DNA of 64,000 nucleotides from Selaginella moellendorffii. Lineage: Eukaryota; Plantae; Lycopodiophyta. The stretch covers positions 407,316 to 471,315 of the forward strand of contig NW_003314291.1 of NCBI RefSeq assembly GCF_000143415.4, written 5' to 3'. This document shows, piece after piece, positions 48,876 through 62,847 of the stretch (position 1 is the stretch's first letter; each line of letters opens with the position of its first letter). The position numbers were made by a program, and so were the translations under genes. The notes beneath the pieces are model-generated. The model was not told where the DNA came from. It did not search any database and saw only the letters and a program-made list of their open reading frames with translations.

Positions 48876-49701
48876 TGTAGCGCACTTGAATTTGGAGTTG
48901 AACTCCAAACCCATTACACTATAAAATGAGGGTCTGGTACAATTCCACGAGCACCAGCTCCCCGTATCCAGCACCTGCACGCAAAATGGTGTCAAACGAA
49001 ATCTGGCACAATTTTAGCATACCAGTGGCCTAACGCGAGGAGGAGGGTACTGTGAGACACAAAATCCCTAGGCCCCAAAGTGGAGCCAGAAGGGCGCCAC
49101 ATGGTAGTGGCCGAAGCGAGAGCCAAACGAGCGTAACACGTTTGGACCAAAAGCTCCGACTTGAAAAGTCAAGAGCGGGAGTGGAACTCCCAACGAAGTG
49201 CTCGAGGAACGAGCACGAAGCGAGCAAAAGGCGAGGCTCCAAAAAGGGACCCAAAAGGACCAACACATGACACGTGGGAGTGTCCGAGATGGACTCGAGT
49301 TGGAGTCCGAAGTGGAGTCCGAGATGGACCCGAGTTGGAGTCCGAAGTGGAGTCCGAGATGGACCCGAGTTGGAGTCCGAAGTGGAGTCCGAAGTGGAGT
49401 CCGAGATGGACCCGAGTTGGAGTCCGAAGTGGAGTCCGAGATGGACCCGAGATGGAGTCCGAGATGGAGTCCGAAGTGGAGTCCGAGGTGGACCCGAGAT
49501 GGACCCGAGTTGGAGTCCGAAGTGGAGTCCGAGGTGGACCCGAGATGGACCCGAAATGGAGTCCGAGATGGAGTCCGAGATGGACCCGAGATGGAGTCCG
49601 AGATGGAGTCCGAGATGGACCCGAGATGGACCCGAGATGGAGTCCGAGATGGAGTCCGAGATGGAGTCCGAGATGGAGTCCGAAGTCGAGACCGAGACCG
49701 G

Positions 49702-49733
<32 letters not shown>

Positions 49734-51030
49734 TCGGGACCGAGACCGAGACCGAGGCCGAGGCCGAGACCGAGGCCGAGCCCGAGTCCGAGTCCGAATC
49801 CGAGTCCGAGTCCGAGTCCGAGTCCGAGTCCGAGTCCGAAGCCTGAGAGGGTGAAAGCCCAAAGCGTTCGTCTCCCAGACCCTGGGGGGTTTGGTGAGCT
49901 CCAAAAGTATAGTAAGGGGGAGGACTGCAGTGGAGCCAGTTTGGCCAGGAAAGGCCAGTTTGGCCCAGGAAGGCCGGACCCAGTGTTGGGTGATGAGCTG
50001 CCCACTGGGAAGTCCAAGACTAGAGTGAACACAGACCGACAAGCGGGGTAGCTTGGTGAAGTGTTCAAGAGCCGGCTCTAGTTCCCCCGGGAGATCGACT
50101 GGCCGATGCTCCCAATCCAAGTGTGGGTGGCACTACCTACTTGGATACCTGGTGTGGTTCAACGGAACCCGCTCTAAGCCCATGGCTAGAGCACCCAAGG
50201 GCAGAAGGCGAGGAGAGTACCCAGGTGGCTCGCGTAAGGCCACGGTGTTCCGAAATGTTGTCCCAAAGGCCCAGACTGTGGAAAGGAAGAGGAGCAGTCC
50301 TCTGGGGTAGTGACCAAGGACACAGTCGTGTGGTGAGGAAGTCCCAGAGGACCGTGGGACTTAGTGGTCGGGCCTGTGGGTCTCGATCCAGTGGCAGTGT
50401 TGGCAAACATGGCCAGAGGCAGAAAGGGACTTAGTGGGGACTAACAGAGGGATATTGGGGAAGGCTATTCCCCTTGTCGGTGGGCATCCTAAGGATGCTA
50501 AGGAGTGGATCTGAGATGACCACTCACGGATGGTTTGCCTAGTCTTGGAGAGCCAAGACGGTGATGCAAGTGGTATTGGACTACCAGTGTGGCAAAGGTG
50601 ATTGGGCATGGCCTTAGCGTAACGGGCTGCTATGTCGGTGGTACCTTTGAGTGTCGGTCATGGGTTCGGACACGTGGAGCACTTGGACCAAGTGCAAATG
50701 TTGAGTGGCATGGATGCCATTCTCGGGGCTAGCAAGTCCCAAGTCCTGGATTGGACTTATGGAGGTTGTGAATGAGACTCCTCCAAGTGGTCAGAGGTGT
50801 GGTTAAGTGACTAAAGTAGAATGGAAAATTTAGTCGCTCACAGGTACCCCACCGACTAGAGCAGTGTGGAGTTGGGCTTAATCCCAAGCTGAACATAGAA
50901 TAAGAAGCAACACAGCCCAACGGGATCCAAACTAATGTCTTAGGTAGTCGGACATACATTCTAACCACTATCCTTACTATATATTTGGAACCCCTCACAA
51001 TGCCCCCCCCCCCTTGAGGAACACATGCTT
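48876..51030. mobile_element. Truncated LTR of the 1216-2361 family, expanded by an internal satellite
   Basis: Starts TGTAGCGCAC. Shares blocks 48876-49040 and 50875-51030 with 39153-39510. Right end lost. Confidence 0.7.
49282..49839. repeat. Hexamer-based tandem array (GGAGTC/GGACCC+CGAGAT/CGAAGT, then CGAGAC, then CGAGTC)
   Basis: Direct reading; about 560 bp with 6-nt and 12-nt periodicity. Confidence 0.95.
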
Positions 51031-52370
51031 TGATAATGCTGATCCTTATCACGTCAATACCTATCTTGAGCTTTGCCTGTCGCCTCGGTAGCTCTAGACC
51101 AACTTTGGCGTAGCTGCTCTGCATAAGTCTCAACGGCCAAGACCAACACTTCGGACATTGGTTTCGATACAACAATCTATTGAGGCACCCCATGAGTATT
51201 CCCTTGCAACATCTCTTATAGAGAATAGCTGATAGCACTGTGAAATGTGTTGTTATAACAGATTTCTGCTGTGTCCAAATGCTCAACCTAGTCGCGTTGG
51301 TTCGTCGTGACATAGTACCGCAGATAATCCTCAACTTAAGCATTCACGCATTCGGTCTACCCATCAGTTTGAGGATGATAAGCCGTACTAAACTTCAACT
51401 TGGTACCAAACAACTAGAACAGTGTGCCCCAAAACTTCCCCGTAAATCTCGAATCACTATCCAAGATCATTTCTTTGGGAAGACCACGAACCCGCACTAC
51501 TTCATCAAAAAAGAGCTTTGCTGCTTATTTCACATTCACTATTTCTATAGTTGGAATGAAGTGTGCAATCTTCGACAACCGATCCACAACCACCATCAAA
51601 GTATCATAACCCTTAGATTTTAGCAAGCAAGTGACGAAATCAAGTGTCACACTTTGAAATGGCCATGCCGATGCTGGAAGGCACTGCAATTTGCCAGTCT
51701 ACTTCTCAGTTCTACACTTACATTGCTGGCATATAGGGCATGGACATAGTGTGCTACATCACCTTCCATACCAGACCAAAAAAATCCCTTTTTTAATGAA
51801 GCCAAAGTCTTCTGCTTTCCACCGTGTCCCACTGTTAGAACATCATGATGTTCCCGTAGAAACAACTGTTGCAGATCCTTAGAGGGAAGATACAATCTTT
51901 CTTGCTTATAGAATATAAGCCCATCCCGAATTGAGAAATGAAGTTTCACATTGGTGTGGTTAGCAACTTTCGCTGCTTCGCTACCAAGGTTCTGCTTCGA
52001 CAACTCCGCACGGTGTAAGATTGACTTCACCAATGGATCAATTCCATATGAAGCCCAAACGTCCAACCAGTCCGAACTAATTGCTGATATTGCTTGGAAC
52101 TGAGTCTGATGACTCAATGCATCCGGAACAATATTGTCTTTACCAGGTTTATATATGATTTCAATATCATATCTAACAAGCTTCTCTTGTTAACAGGCCT
52201 GCTTTGATGTAAGCTTAGGCTGCATAGCAAAGTAGCTTAGTGTGTTATTATCTGTATAAACCTTGGTGTGTCATCCCAAGTAGTGTCTTCAGTGTTCCAA
52301 TGTCAACACTATAGCAAACATCTCTTTCTTGTGCGTTGGCCAACTTTGTTGGGTTTCATCCAATTTCTTG
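51030..52370 (-). mobile_element. Degenerate Ty3/Gypsy pol fragments (RNase H and integrase zinc finger)
   Basis: WPTHKKEMFAIV and RLYLPSKDLQQLFLREHHD..GHGGKQKTLASLKKGFFWSGM. Confidence 0.75.
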
Positions 52371-52563
52371 GAATAGTCCTTACTTTGCGATGTTTGGAAG
52401 GCATCTTCGAACAGCGGTGGAGTTGGGATTGCATTTGAGTAAGGACGTTCAAGAAAAGCTTGATTCCGAGGCAACTGATCTAGCCACAGAACTTGATGAG
52501 ATTCTGGTGGTGTGCAAACAGAATTTGCAAGCAACTCAGGATAGAGCGGAGAAGTTTGCTAAT
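52371..52563 (+). mobile_element. Gypsy integrase C-terminal region, left of the transposon insertion
   Basis: SPYFAMFGR..KQNLQATQDRAEKFAN; continues in frame at 63531. Confidence 0.8.
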
Positions 52564-52931
52564 AAGCTTTATTTCGTTAAAGTGGGATTTATTCAGTAAA
52601 ATGGGACTAGGTACAAATTTTCAAGTATTTGAAAATGACGTGAAATTATATGTTTTTTGTCCAGGGGCTAGACATATCTGGGGCATGGTGACTAGCGCGG
52701 TGACTTTGTGTCCAGACTGAGTCCATCTGGTTGTATAATAAATCTCATTGTCAAGGTAAACAAGCCGAATCTGAAGCTAAAGAAGAGCGATGGCATGCGT
52801 GCACACACTATTTGTTTGTTCATTGAGCGTGTGGTGAGCTTTCCAAGATGAACGTCATTCCTATTAGCCAGACATATAACTTAATGGTGAGAACATTTAG
52901 AAGGATATGACGGATTATTGCAAGTCCTTTA

Positions 52932-55092
52932 CGACAGTGCCTTTGATGCAATTTTGGAATTCATCGTAGAGTTGTGGGAGGGTGAGGACATTGGATCGCC
53001 GGAGGGACTCTGCCAGGTGACTGAACATGGCATCGACGTCTTCATGAGTGTGCCCAACCATGAGAAAACCAAGTGTAACCGTTTCAAATATGCCTTTGGC
53101 AACAAGCATCGCCAAGTACGCGAAGACGTACATGTTTTTGTTCTCACTGCCAGCATTGTCTGTTTGGAGCAGAAGATGGGGTGGAAGGCCACATCAGCCG
53201 CAAGAACTTCCTTGAGATTCTGCTTTGTTTGGATGAGGCTGTGCATTCACCGGGCGACCAGCCTCATCGGAATGGCATGAGGCCTCACGTGATAACCCTA
53301 CAATCTGACGGCCAACATATTCACTGGGATGGCATGGGGCTCCACGCGATACTGCAAGCCTTTGCTCCTCCTCCAGCTGAACCCTGTATGGGGTTCGATC
53401 GACAAGGGCCTTATGCAAGGGTTGGCAGTTCAGCTCAGTCTGCGCACTTTGCAGAGACCTTAAGTGTTTTGCTAGGGACGCAATCATCATGTTTGCACCC
53501 CCGCCACCCCATAGAGGTACAAAGAAGTTCCCATAGTTCTGGGCACCATGCCCATGAGCGATTATGCCAAACAGAGACACAGGCAGCTGCATGGATGAAG
53601 AGATTGCCTTGGGGGCAGGATTGAGTCGAGGTAAGCACGTCTTTTTCTGGTCCATTTTGTCGTGGATGATGCAGAGGTAAGAGTCAGGTCTCTCCATGGA
53701 GAGAATCCTGTTATGATAATATGCAGTCCTGCAGCTTCTCTGCTCGATGTTGTGGTCGAGCCGCCTTCTAACCAACGTCTCTCGCTCTTGAGCGATGCAA
53801 GAATTCTTCGACAAAGCCATTTTGATAGCAGTGCACTCGTCACACTTTGAAAAGCTGGAGTACTTTCCTATACTCACATCCCTGAACCTGTTGCTCCACA
53901 ATCTACTAAATCTAGATTGGCTCAGCTTCCTGTAGCCATTACTCTGGAGTTCCCGATTCACATCTTCCAATATGGCCCCCTTGGTATACATGGAAGGGAG
54001 AACTCGTTGGGTGTCTCGTGTTCCATCTTCCAAGAGGCGGGTTTTATGTGGTTGCTGCTCGCTACATGTCTCGACAAACCTCTTGAAGATTGCCTCTCCA
54101 TATACAACATGACCCCTAGTTTTGTGCGTACCGTCGTTCCCATGGACTGCCTGTTGAACCCTTTGTTTCTCGAACTCAGTTTTGATTTTGTAGAATGTGG
54201 TTCGAGGGACTCCATAAATGATTCTCCATGCCTTCATGCAGACCAAACCCCTCTGGAAGACCATGCCCCCCACCTGATGTTCTAAAGCATCAACAGATGA
54301 CCGTAATGCCTTATACACAAAATTACGAGCTGCCTTCCAGGACAATGTCTTGTATCTTGCTCTCTCCTCTTCAATAGCATCCCAATCAGCATGTTGACAG
54401 CACCTCCTCTTGCAACAAGCAACTGTCGAGACCATTCGAACCTCCATCGCCATTTTCTGCCTTTTCGGTTCGTTGCTCAGATCCCTTTGGCTGCGCTTTA
54501 GGAAGGTGTACTTTCTTTTCCCATGAAGAGATGTTCTGTCATCAGTTGTAGTGGTGTTTGATTGTGAATCCTTCACATTCTCAAACACTAAGTGCCTCAA
54601 TTTCCACCGCACAATGCTTCCAATAGTCAGACTATTTTCTTCTGTGTCAACAACCTCTATAATCGCAACTCCAATATCATCCTAGCCCAATTCTTGATTA
54701 GCAACCACATCTCTTGGATCGACAACTGTGGCTAAGCCCTCAGCTACCACCTCCCCCTCGGGGTTGTTTAGAAACACCTTTGCCTGAATCCATGTAGCAC
54801 GGTTCTTAAGATCCACGGAGGGAACATGCATCACACTTGCGTTGTCCCCAACATCTGCTTTCTTCTGAAGATTTTTCAAGGCAACAACAACATTTACCTC
54901 GACGACCATCTCTCCTCGTTCAATAACGACCACATTCCCATCGAAGACAGTCTCTACTGATACAGCAGCATTGCCTTCCCCAAGCCTTTGACAGTGTATA
55001 ACAAAGTTCCGATCCATAGACACAAGGGTCGCTTTTGCAACTCTCTTCCCACCATTCAAAATGTAAACCTTTTCCCCAACCCTGAAGGCCAT
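52932..55092 (-). pseudogene. Sola-like transposase, copy 2 (stops at 54682 and 53194; C-terminal ~300 aa deleted)
   Basis: Near-identical to 6380-8542; retains IIHDKMDQKK, LQTDN and GHTHEDVD. Confidence 0.85.
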
Positions 55093-57414
55093 TCTGAAAG
55101 TGCAGAAAAGAAGTTAAGACCATACAAAAAATGATTGAAGAATGGCCTAAATCATAACATACCAAACAACCTCAATAGCATGAGGCCACATGCCATTATT
55201 CAAACATGCTATTGACACCCACGTGAAATTTCGCATTCACAAAATTGGCATGAGCCCTCATGCCATTAGTGGTACCACTAATGGCATGAGGCCTCACGCT
55301 ATCTTTGGCCAAAGATGGCATAAGACGCTATCTAGCAGGGGCCAAAGATGGCATGAGGCCTCATGCCATCTTGATAAACACACAGCTACAGGCAGGTAAA
55401 GAAACTATTGGCAATATGCTAGTGATGAACTTGCAAGCCCCAAGATGGCATGAAGTGGTACCGTAGCGCTGCTCGCACCACCGCAACTGCTCGTAGCGCC
55501 GCTCGCACAAACTGCCACTCGCATAAATTGCCGCTCGCAATGGCACTCGCAATGCCGCAACCGCTCGTAGACGCATAAACCACAGCTCACAACGCCGCTT
55601 ACACAAGCAGCGCTCACTGCGCTCAGCGGAACCAAGAACACGGCACACAAAAATGATAGACCTAGGAATGAGTTCGAGAATTCAAAAATAACACACACTT
55701 GAACGTCACATCAAATCCTCTGACAAACCAAATCTTATGATTCCTCTGACAAATTTCAAACTGAGTAGCTTCTAGACTTTGCTGTCGGAGGTTGAACTTT
55801 GTCACATCATGTCCTTGCCTCGATCCAGCTGTGCCATGTCAGTGATTCGAACTTTGCCATGCCATGTCAGCGATCCGCGCCAAGATTATTCACCGTGTAA
55901 AGGAATAATTATGCTGTGTGTGTATGTCCATTTATGGCAATATAAGGCCACACACCATTCAAAGAATAATGCTAGTCGAGCATTTTTTGGTGCATTTTTG
56001 GGTTCAAAATTGCATGAGCCCACACGCTATAAAGTTTACCTGTACCAAAAATAAAAACAGCTTTATTTACTTGGGAATTTAAGTGGTTGAGGCATTTTTA
56101 AACTTACAAACACATGCCCTACTTACATTCCTTTGGTTGCTTAAAATTCAAAAATATTATAAACCTTTCTTTTTGCATTTTCAATGTTTTCAATTATGGT
56201 TTTTGATTTTCGCAAGACCAGCCTAGTAATCTATTTGCATCCCGTCATGTTTATAGCTAGCTTTCGTTTGTTCCCTTCGCTAGCCTGAGATACATCTGCT
56301 CGGCATCTGCCTCTTACAGCATTTGCCCAGAAAGGGCATCTTTCTTCACGCAGCATTTTGTTTAGGGTTTAGGGTTTAGCAATTCAATAGCTTGATAAAC
56401 ATGCAAATACAAAACTTAATGCAAAATCCTTTGATATGTCACAATGCCCCTAGGACCATAAACACATTTCAATAGAGAGGGTCCTTTCATTTCATAACTC
56501 CTTACGTAGATCTTGGTGAAACCAGAGTTAGTGAAGTTGGTTTCTTGTGATCCCGCATCTGATTGTGATGTCCCTTTGCAGTGTCGATGGAAAGGTCAAT
56601 GCACACCAAACTATAGAATCTTGGAGCAAAATAACGGTCAGATCTATGGCAAATGCCCCTGAAACATTGTAAGGCTCGTGTGGTCTCATGTGGTGTCCGA
56701 TCGAGATGCTTCTTTGCAGGGTCATCAAAAAGGACATTGTATACCATTCTTTATTTAGCTGAACATCTGGCATTTTTGGAAATACAAGATGCTTTGGAAT
56801 ATCCAATCATGCATGGTATAAATATAGCAAGGGTATTAAATGATATCCCAATCATGATCTTTCTTTTGGATTTCACGTGCATGCAGTCCGAGGAATGATG
56901 ACGTTGCGGATTTCTTTTGGATTTCACGTGCATGCATGCGTGCGGCGATCCAGAAATTAATGGTGGCGCCCAAGTCCGAGGAATGATGACGTTGCGGGAT
57001 TACCAACCGTCGTGACATTTCACGCGTGTGAGGTTAGGTTTTGCATTTTGCTTCGTACTCGCGCTCGCACACTCGCGCTCCCACTCGCGATCACACTCAC
57101 ATTCGCGCTCATCTACCTTCTCTACAAGTTTCTCGTGTGCATCGGCGTCCACTCGCGCTTGCATCACACTCGCGCTCGCATCGCACTCGTGTGCATCGGC
57201 GTCCACTTCAAGACACACCCAGTTTGTAACTTCGCCGCCAACTCCGCCGCCCACTCCGCCACCCACACGCAGCCCACTTGGCGTCCCGGGAGATTTCAGC
57301 GCCACTCTCCAACTGTAAGTGGCAGAGTAGCCTTGTTGCTACGATCCGCTGCACACACAGTGCACATTCGCCAGCGAGTCCGGCCTCGATTGTCACGCCT
57401 CCATTCGACTTCAA

Positions 57415-60400
57415 ATGGTAAGTCTTTTAGGCCAAGTAGAAAATGGCATGAGGCCACATGCCATTCAGTAGCAACATTGGCATGCACCGATTGGGCTCTC
57501 GAGTGCAGTCCGGTTACAGATGGCGTGTAGCCTCACGCCATCTTAGGATGCAGCCTCAAGACATCTGATGCAGTGGTGAATGGCGTGTGGCCTCACGTTA
57601 TTTCCAGCTGCTAGCTTTTCATCTGTTAGCTCTAATTGTTGTGCATTTTTTAACAGGCGAGGAATTGCGTTCTTCTTCCAGCCACTGTCAATGTGGATGC
57701 AGAGAAGGGGGAGGAGCTCACCAGTTGGACTTTCGGGATGGAAGGCGAGGATCTGAGGCTGTACAACACAGATGGTGGGAGAAAAGAATGCATGGGGATC
57801 CTCATCCAAGTGACAGACACTCCATGCAGTTCCATGCAAGAATATGGACTGGCACTTGTGGTAGAGACAACGTCTGCCTTCAAGATCCACCTTGCACATC
57901 CTAGCGGCTTCCCGGAGGGGGGCAGCGGCTATGAGGAATTCCTAGAGGGAGCTAGGGAGAGGTTGTCTAGGAGGCCCACAATTTCAAAGACGTTGCGGGT
58001 CTATGAAGATCACATGGAATCCACGGACCTCACCTACGGCGATGTTCAAAAACTATATTCCAACATTGAGCCGTTGAGAGTGACTCCAGTTCACGAAGCA
58101 AAGGGGAAGGGGGTCGATCTGGAAACTCTGGGTTTAACTGAAGAAGCCACAAAAACCAGGACAAGGACGTGCGCTAGCAACTAGCGTCTGGCAGGTAAGC
58201 CTCATTGCATGTGGCATAGCATGTGGCCTCACGCCATTTCCATTGCAGGAATTCTCGAGTCTTCTCTCAAAAACACTGGGGGTCAATGACACACTCAGCA
58301 TCCATAACATTCTACTCGCGACAAAAGTTGTTTTTGACAAATGGGTAGATGTGCTGAGGAGGTACCATGACGGGGAGTTGCTAAACTTAATGGGTGTGGA
58401 GGACAGCCGGAAGCCCAATGATTTGAAGCTCAACACTTTGCGTTTCTCGCGGTCTCTAGACAACGATGACCTTCTGACAGTGGCTAATGCTCTTCTACGT
58501 GGTGAGGTAGTCTTCAACAAGACCAAAATGACTCCTGGCCATATTGTGACATACGAGGACTTGTGCACGACTCTGAGAGCTCGTGCGCTATTGAAGGATT
58601 GGATCTTCGAGCAAGTGGCCGTGGAGAGGGTGAGCATCGACACCACGCAAGAGATGATAGAAGAGCTGGAGTTATCAAATGAAGACATCAACGAGTACGT
58701 GAAGGGGGCCCCCAAGTTCATCGATCTGCTGCGGGATGCCACGAAAAGTAAAGCTAAGAAGTTGGATCAATATCCAAATTTCATTAAGAGGGATGTCGAC
58801 CGCCAGCTTCAGAAACAGCTCGACCCCGCAGTAGAGGCCTATCGAGAACCTTACCGGGTATACGTGAATTCGGATGAGGATCAAAGGTGGAGGAGCATCG
58901 TTTCCCGCGGAGATGAGCAGGTCAAGAACATCTTTTGTGTGATGGACTTCACAAACGAGGAGATCACTCATGCAGACAAAGTCAGCTCCATCATTGACTT
59001 AATGGTGGGACTTGCGGAGGTGGAATCTTCAGTCCACTATATGATCTACGACTCCGAATCCTATCACAAGTTCTGGAAAGCCTTGAACGAGGTGAAGGCT
59101 CGGTTGAAAGGCAAGGAGATGCGGGAGATCCATGGGATAATGGCTAAGAAGAAGATACCGACGAATGTCCGCATCTTCACACTCGCCTTTGTTATTGGTC
59201 CTGCAGCAGAGTGGGACTAGAGTGACTTCCCAGCTTCGTTCGACAAGGCCGATTGAATTGATCTGAGGGAGGTCAATTTACCCGTGCCTGAGGAACTGAA
59301 GACGGCTATGGAGCTTTCGAATCCAGAGAAAGCTCCAGGTGCAGCATGGGAAATGCTCAGCTGGGTCTTCAACGCAATAGCGGGTGGGTCACCTGCTTCC
59401 GACTCCAAGGGCAAATGCGTTGTCGAGTACAACTGCGGCGGACTATTCTTTCGAGCCGCACTACTCAAGGGTGTCCCGTGTGTTACGGTGACAAACTCCA
59501 TTGAAGAGGTGACTTCAATGGAGCATATAATTACAGTTGCCAAAGAAAAACAGTATCTTCTCTGCGAACCTGGTGAGTACGCACTTTAAGTTTAAATGTT
59601 ATCTCACAAGCTCTGTATGCAGGAGCGTGGCCACCCCCAGATGCTGAAACGGCGTTAACAGCTACTGTTGAAGATACCCATGTTGGGCCGAGCTCACAAC
59701 CTGCACAAGGTAAGGTCACGTGAGGCCTCACGCCATTTTGATTATAGATCGTTGTGAATATTCAGACACGAGGACTGAAAAGCGCATTGGTGGCGCGTCG
59801 AAGAAGGACAAACAGACAAACAATAGGAAAAAAGGAGGTACAAATTATATTTGCAATGGCGTGTGGTCTCATGCCATTCCTTGCAGGAGACACTTCTTCA
59901 AAGGCAAAACAGACAAGCACCAGCCAAGTACAACAGACGAGAGGTACCAATCATTTTTGTTATACGTGAATTCTCATGCCATTGCTTCTTGCAGCTCAAA
60001 TTCCAAAGAGACTAGGGCAAGCAGCGTAGACCTCACGACAAGAACCTGAAGGTTTGATGGCATGCAATTAACTAATGTTCTTGCAGATCGCGTCGAGGAA
60101 ATCGAACGGAACAACGTGCCTCCAGTGGAGGAGGGGGAAGCCTCGGAGAGTGATAAGGAGAGTTCCGAAATAGGTACGATCATGACATATGGCCCCATGC
60201 ACTTATCTAAGTTTGTATTTCAGGGGAACGAGTTGAACCAATGGAAAACTTTATGAAAGGTAACTTAAAAATATTATGGGATGTTGCATGTGTTGATGCA
60301 ATAATATACAGTTCAAGTGCCAAGGAGACGTCGTGAACCTCGAATTAGGCTACCTGCAAAACAGCTTTCAGACGCTGTAGACAAAGAGATGGACAACCGA

Positions 60401-62847
60401 CCAGGGCAGAGGAGGAAGGGTAAAAGCATTTGTGTGCTTATCGCGTATGTCCTCATGCTATTTCTGTAGAACGGGCGCATAAGAAACGAAAGCGAAAGGG
60501 AATTGAGGAGCAGGCACCTGAGGATGCGGAAGGCACGACAGAGCCTCCAAGGATGGGAAGTAAAGCGTCATGGTTATTGCGTGGGTCCTCATGCCATTTC
60601 TTGCAGATCAAGCTCAAACTGACAGTGGTCATAAAAAGTGAAAGCACGTTGGACAGTCGTCGGGATCAGAGGCGTTTGATTCGAAAAGGAAGAAAGGCAA
60701 TGAAAAAATGATAGGTAATGCCTCGCAGTTATGGCGTGTGTGCTCATGCCATTCATTGCAGATCAAGGGCTGAGTGAAAGCAGCCAGTCACCACCTCCTG
60801 ACTCAGATTCCTATGGCAGACTCCCCTTCCCCAATCTCAATGGAGAGGTACAATGGATGAGGGATGTTTTTCAAGTCAGGGCCATGTTTTTCTCATCTCG
60901 TCGTCTTCGAAGGGTGCAAGAACGTGTAGAAACCATGTTAAGACAGTCGGGTGAGGATACGGTCCTAGGTCACGCACTAAAACAGGCTATGGATGTCTTG
61001 TATTTTGAGATGGAGACTCAGCCAGATGATTTTCCCAAGATGGTCCTGGAAGAACAAGCCATCCAGCCTGAGCAGCCTATGGAAGAAATGCAAGAGGGGG
61101 ATGAGGAGCCAGAGAAAGATAATGAGCAGGAAGAGCAGAAGGACGAAGAGGAAGACAAAGAAGAGGAGGATGAAGAAGAGGAGGACGAAGAGGACTTGGA
61201 TGGTCCTCACAATGGTGACGATCACAATAACGACGACGACGATGATGACGATGATGGCCAGCCTGAGGTGGCCAAAGAGCAACGGAGGAAAGTCATACAA
61301 GACAAACCATCAGGTAAATAATAGTACATCCATTCCTAACCTTTTACCATTTCTAACATTGTCCATGTAGGTCGCAGAGCAAATGGTAAGTAGAGATTAT
61401 TCAGTTGAATTAAGATACAAACTCTAGCCTTTAGTGTCGAGGAAGGATAGTGCCAAGCAAGGGTCGAAACGTATGTCCAATCCTTCAGAATCAGCAGTGC
61501 GCCCAAGTGATATTGGTCCTAGTTCCTCAATAGCAGTTGATGGTAAATACAGTATAGTCGATTCAATGTGCTAATGAGTTTGTTTTTAGTAGCACGGGAG
61601 GATACCATCTCCATCGAAGGGAGATATTTGGACATGCATATGGATCCGCCAGTGGACTCTACTTGCCTGCAAGAGTCATCAGAGCTGGTGAAGGCTACTA
61701 TCCATATCAACGCCAAGCAAGCTGACCACGCTCCACTTGATGCTGCCCATACCACTGAGTCAATCTTGTCCACGTATCCAACTGACGGTGACCAGGCGCC
61801 ATTGGACCCGCATGAGGCCGCCCCAGCCGCCGAGCCGGTCATATCCTCATTTCCAACGGACTCAACGTGTGCCCAATCGTCTAACTACGCGCCGTTGGAA
61901 CCTCCCTACACCGCCCCTGCTGCCTGTTCGGTCATGTCCACTTTCCCAACGGAGGCACCAGCTGAAATGGCATGTGATCACACACCATCGGAACCACCCC
62001 ATGCCACTGTTGAGCCAGTTGTACCAGAGTCTACAGCTGAAATGGCATGTGCCCACACGCCATCGGATGCGATTGACCCCACATTGCAGAGGAGAGTATT
62101 TCCGCCCTTCATATTTCCTTGACCAAAACCCTCTCAATGACCATCGGGAGCACCATTCGCTAATATTGTAGATGGTAAAATTGACTTGTACCATTTTTTA
62201 TGCTGACGCATTTCATTTCAAAGTCACGGCGAAGGTACTGTATCGTTTTTGATCTGAACGGTGTCCTTTTCTCCCATGAGCGTGGCTCGTCCTCGAATGT
62301 CACTGCACCCTCCAAAGCCTGCGGTCGCAAGTTGGTCAAAAGAGATAGATTCACATTAATCACACGGGACAAACTGCGGGATCTAATAATGACCATGCGA
62401 CACTTAAAACAAAGGGCCGGGTTCAATTTGCAATTGGGAGTTTGGACATCCATGATGCGCCACAATGCATTAACGTTGCTACAGATGATGCACGATCAGA
62501 CGCGAGTAATATTACCATTTGACTTTCTCCTAACGCAGGAGGATTGCTTGACTATGGTCCATGTGAGGGGTAGCAAGCCCATCTTCGTCAAGCCAGAGGC
62601 TGTAGTGATGAACCGGACTGCTAGGTCAAGTGAAATCCTCATCATCGATGACTCACCAATTAAAACTGCAGCGAACACGCACACATATGCAGTGCACCCC
62701 ATCTCTTGCAATATGGAAACTAGGGAGAAGAAACTGTATGTTCTGGGGGACCTTGCAAAACGGCTTGGAGCGATGGTGATAGAGAACCGGCCAGTCCAGG
62801 AGGTGGCTGCAGAAATCAACCAAATGGCAGATGGAATGGTATATTAG
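57415..62847 (+). pseudogene. Cargo gene, copy 2 (ParB-like region deleted; seven extra mini-introns retained)
   Basis: Introns at 59944-59994, 60052-60086, 60174-60223, 60260-60311, 60420-60469, 60560-60606 and 60715-60761. The intervening exons (57, 87, 36, 108, 90 and 108 nt) are all multiples of 3. Confidence 0.75.

Noticed and set aside
49068-50120. Long RS/RT/GL/ES-repeat ORFs (190-350 aa) as SR-like proteins
   Set aside because: Open in most frames on both strands simply because the hexamer array lacks stop codons.
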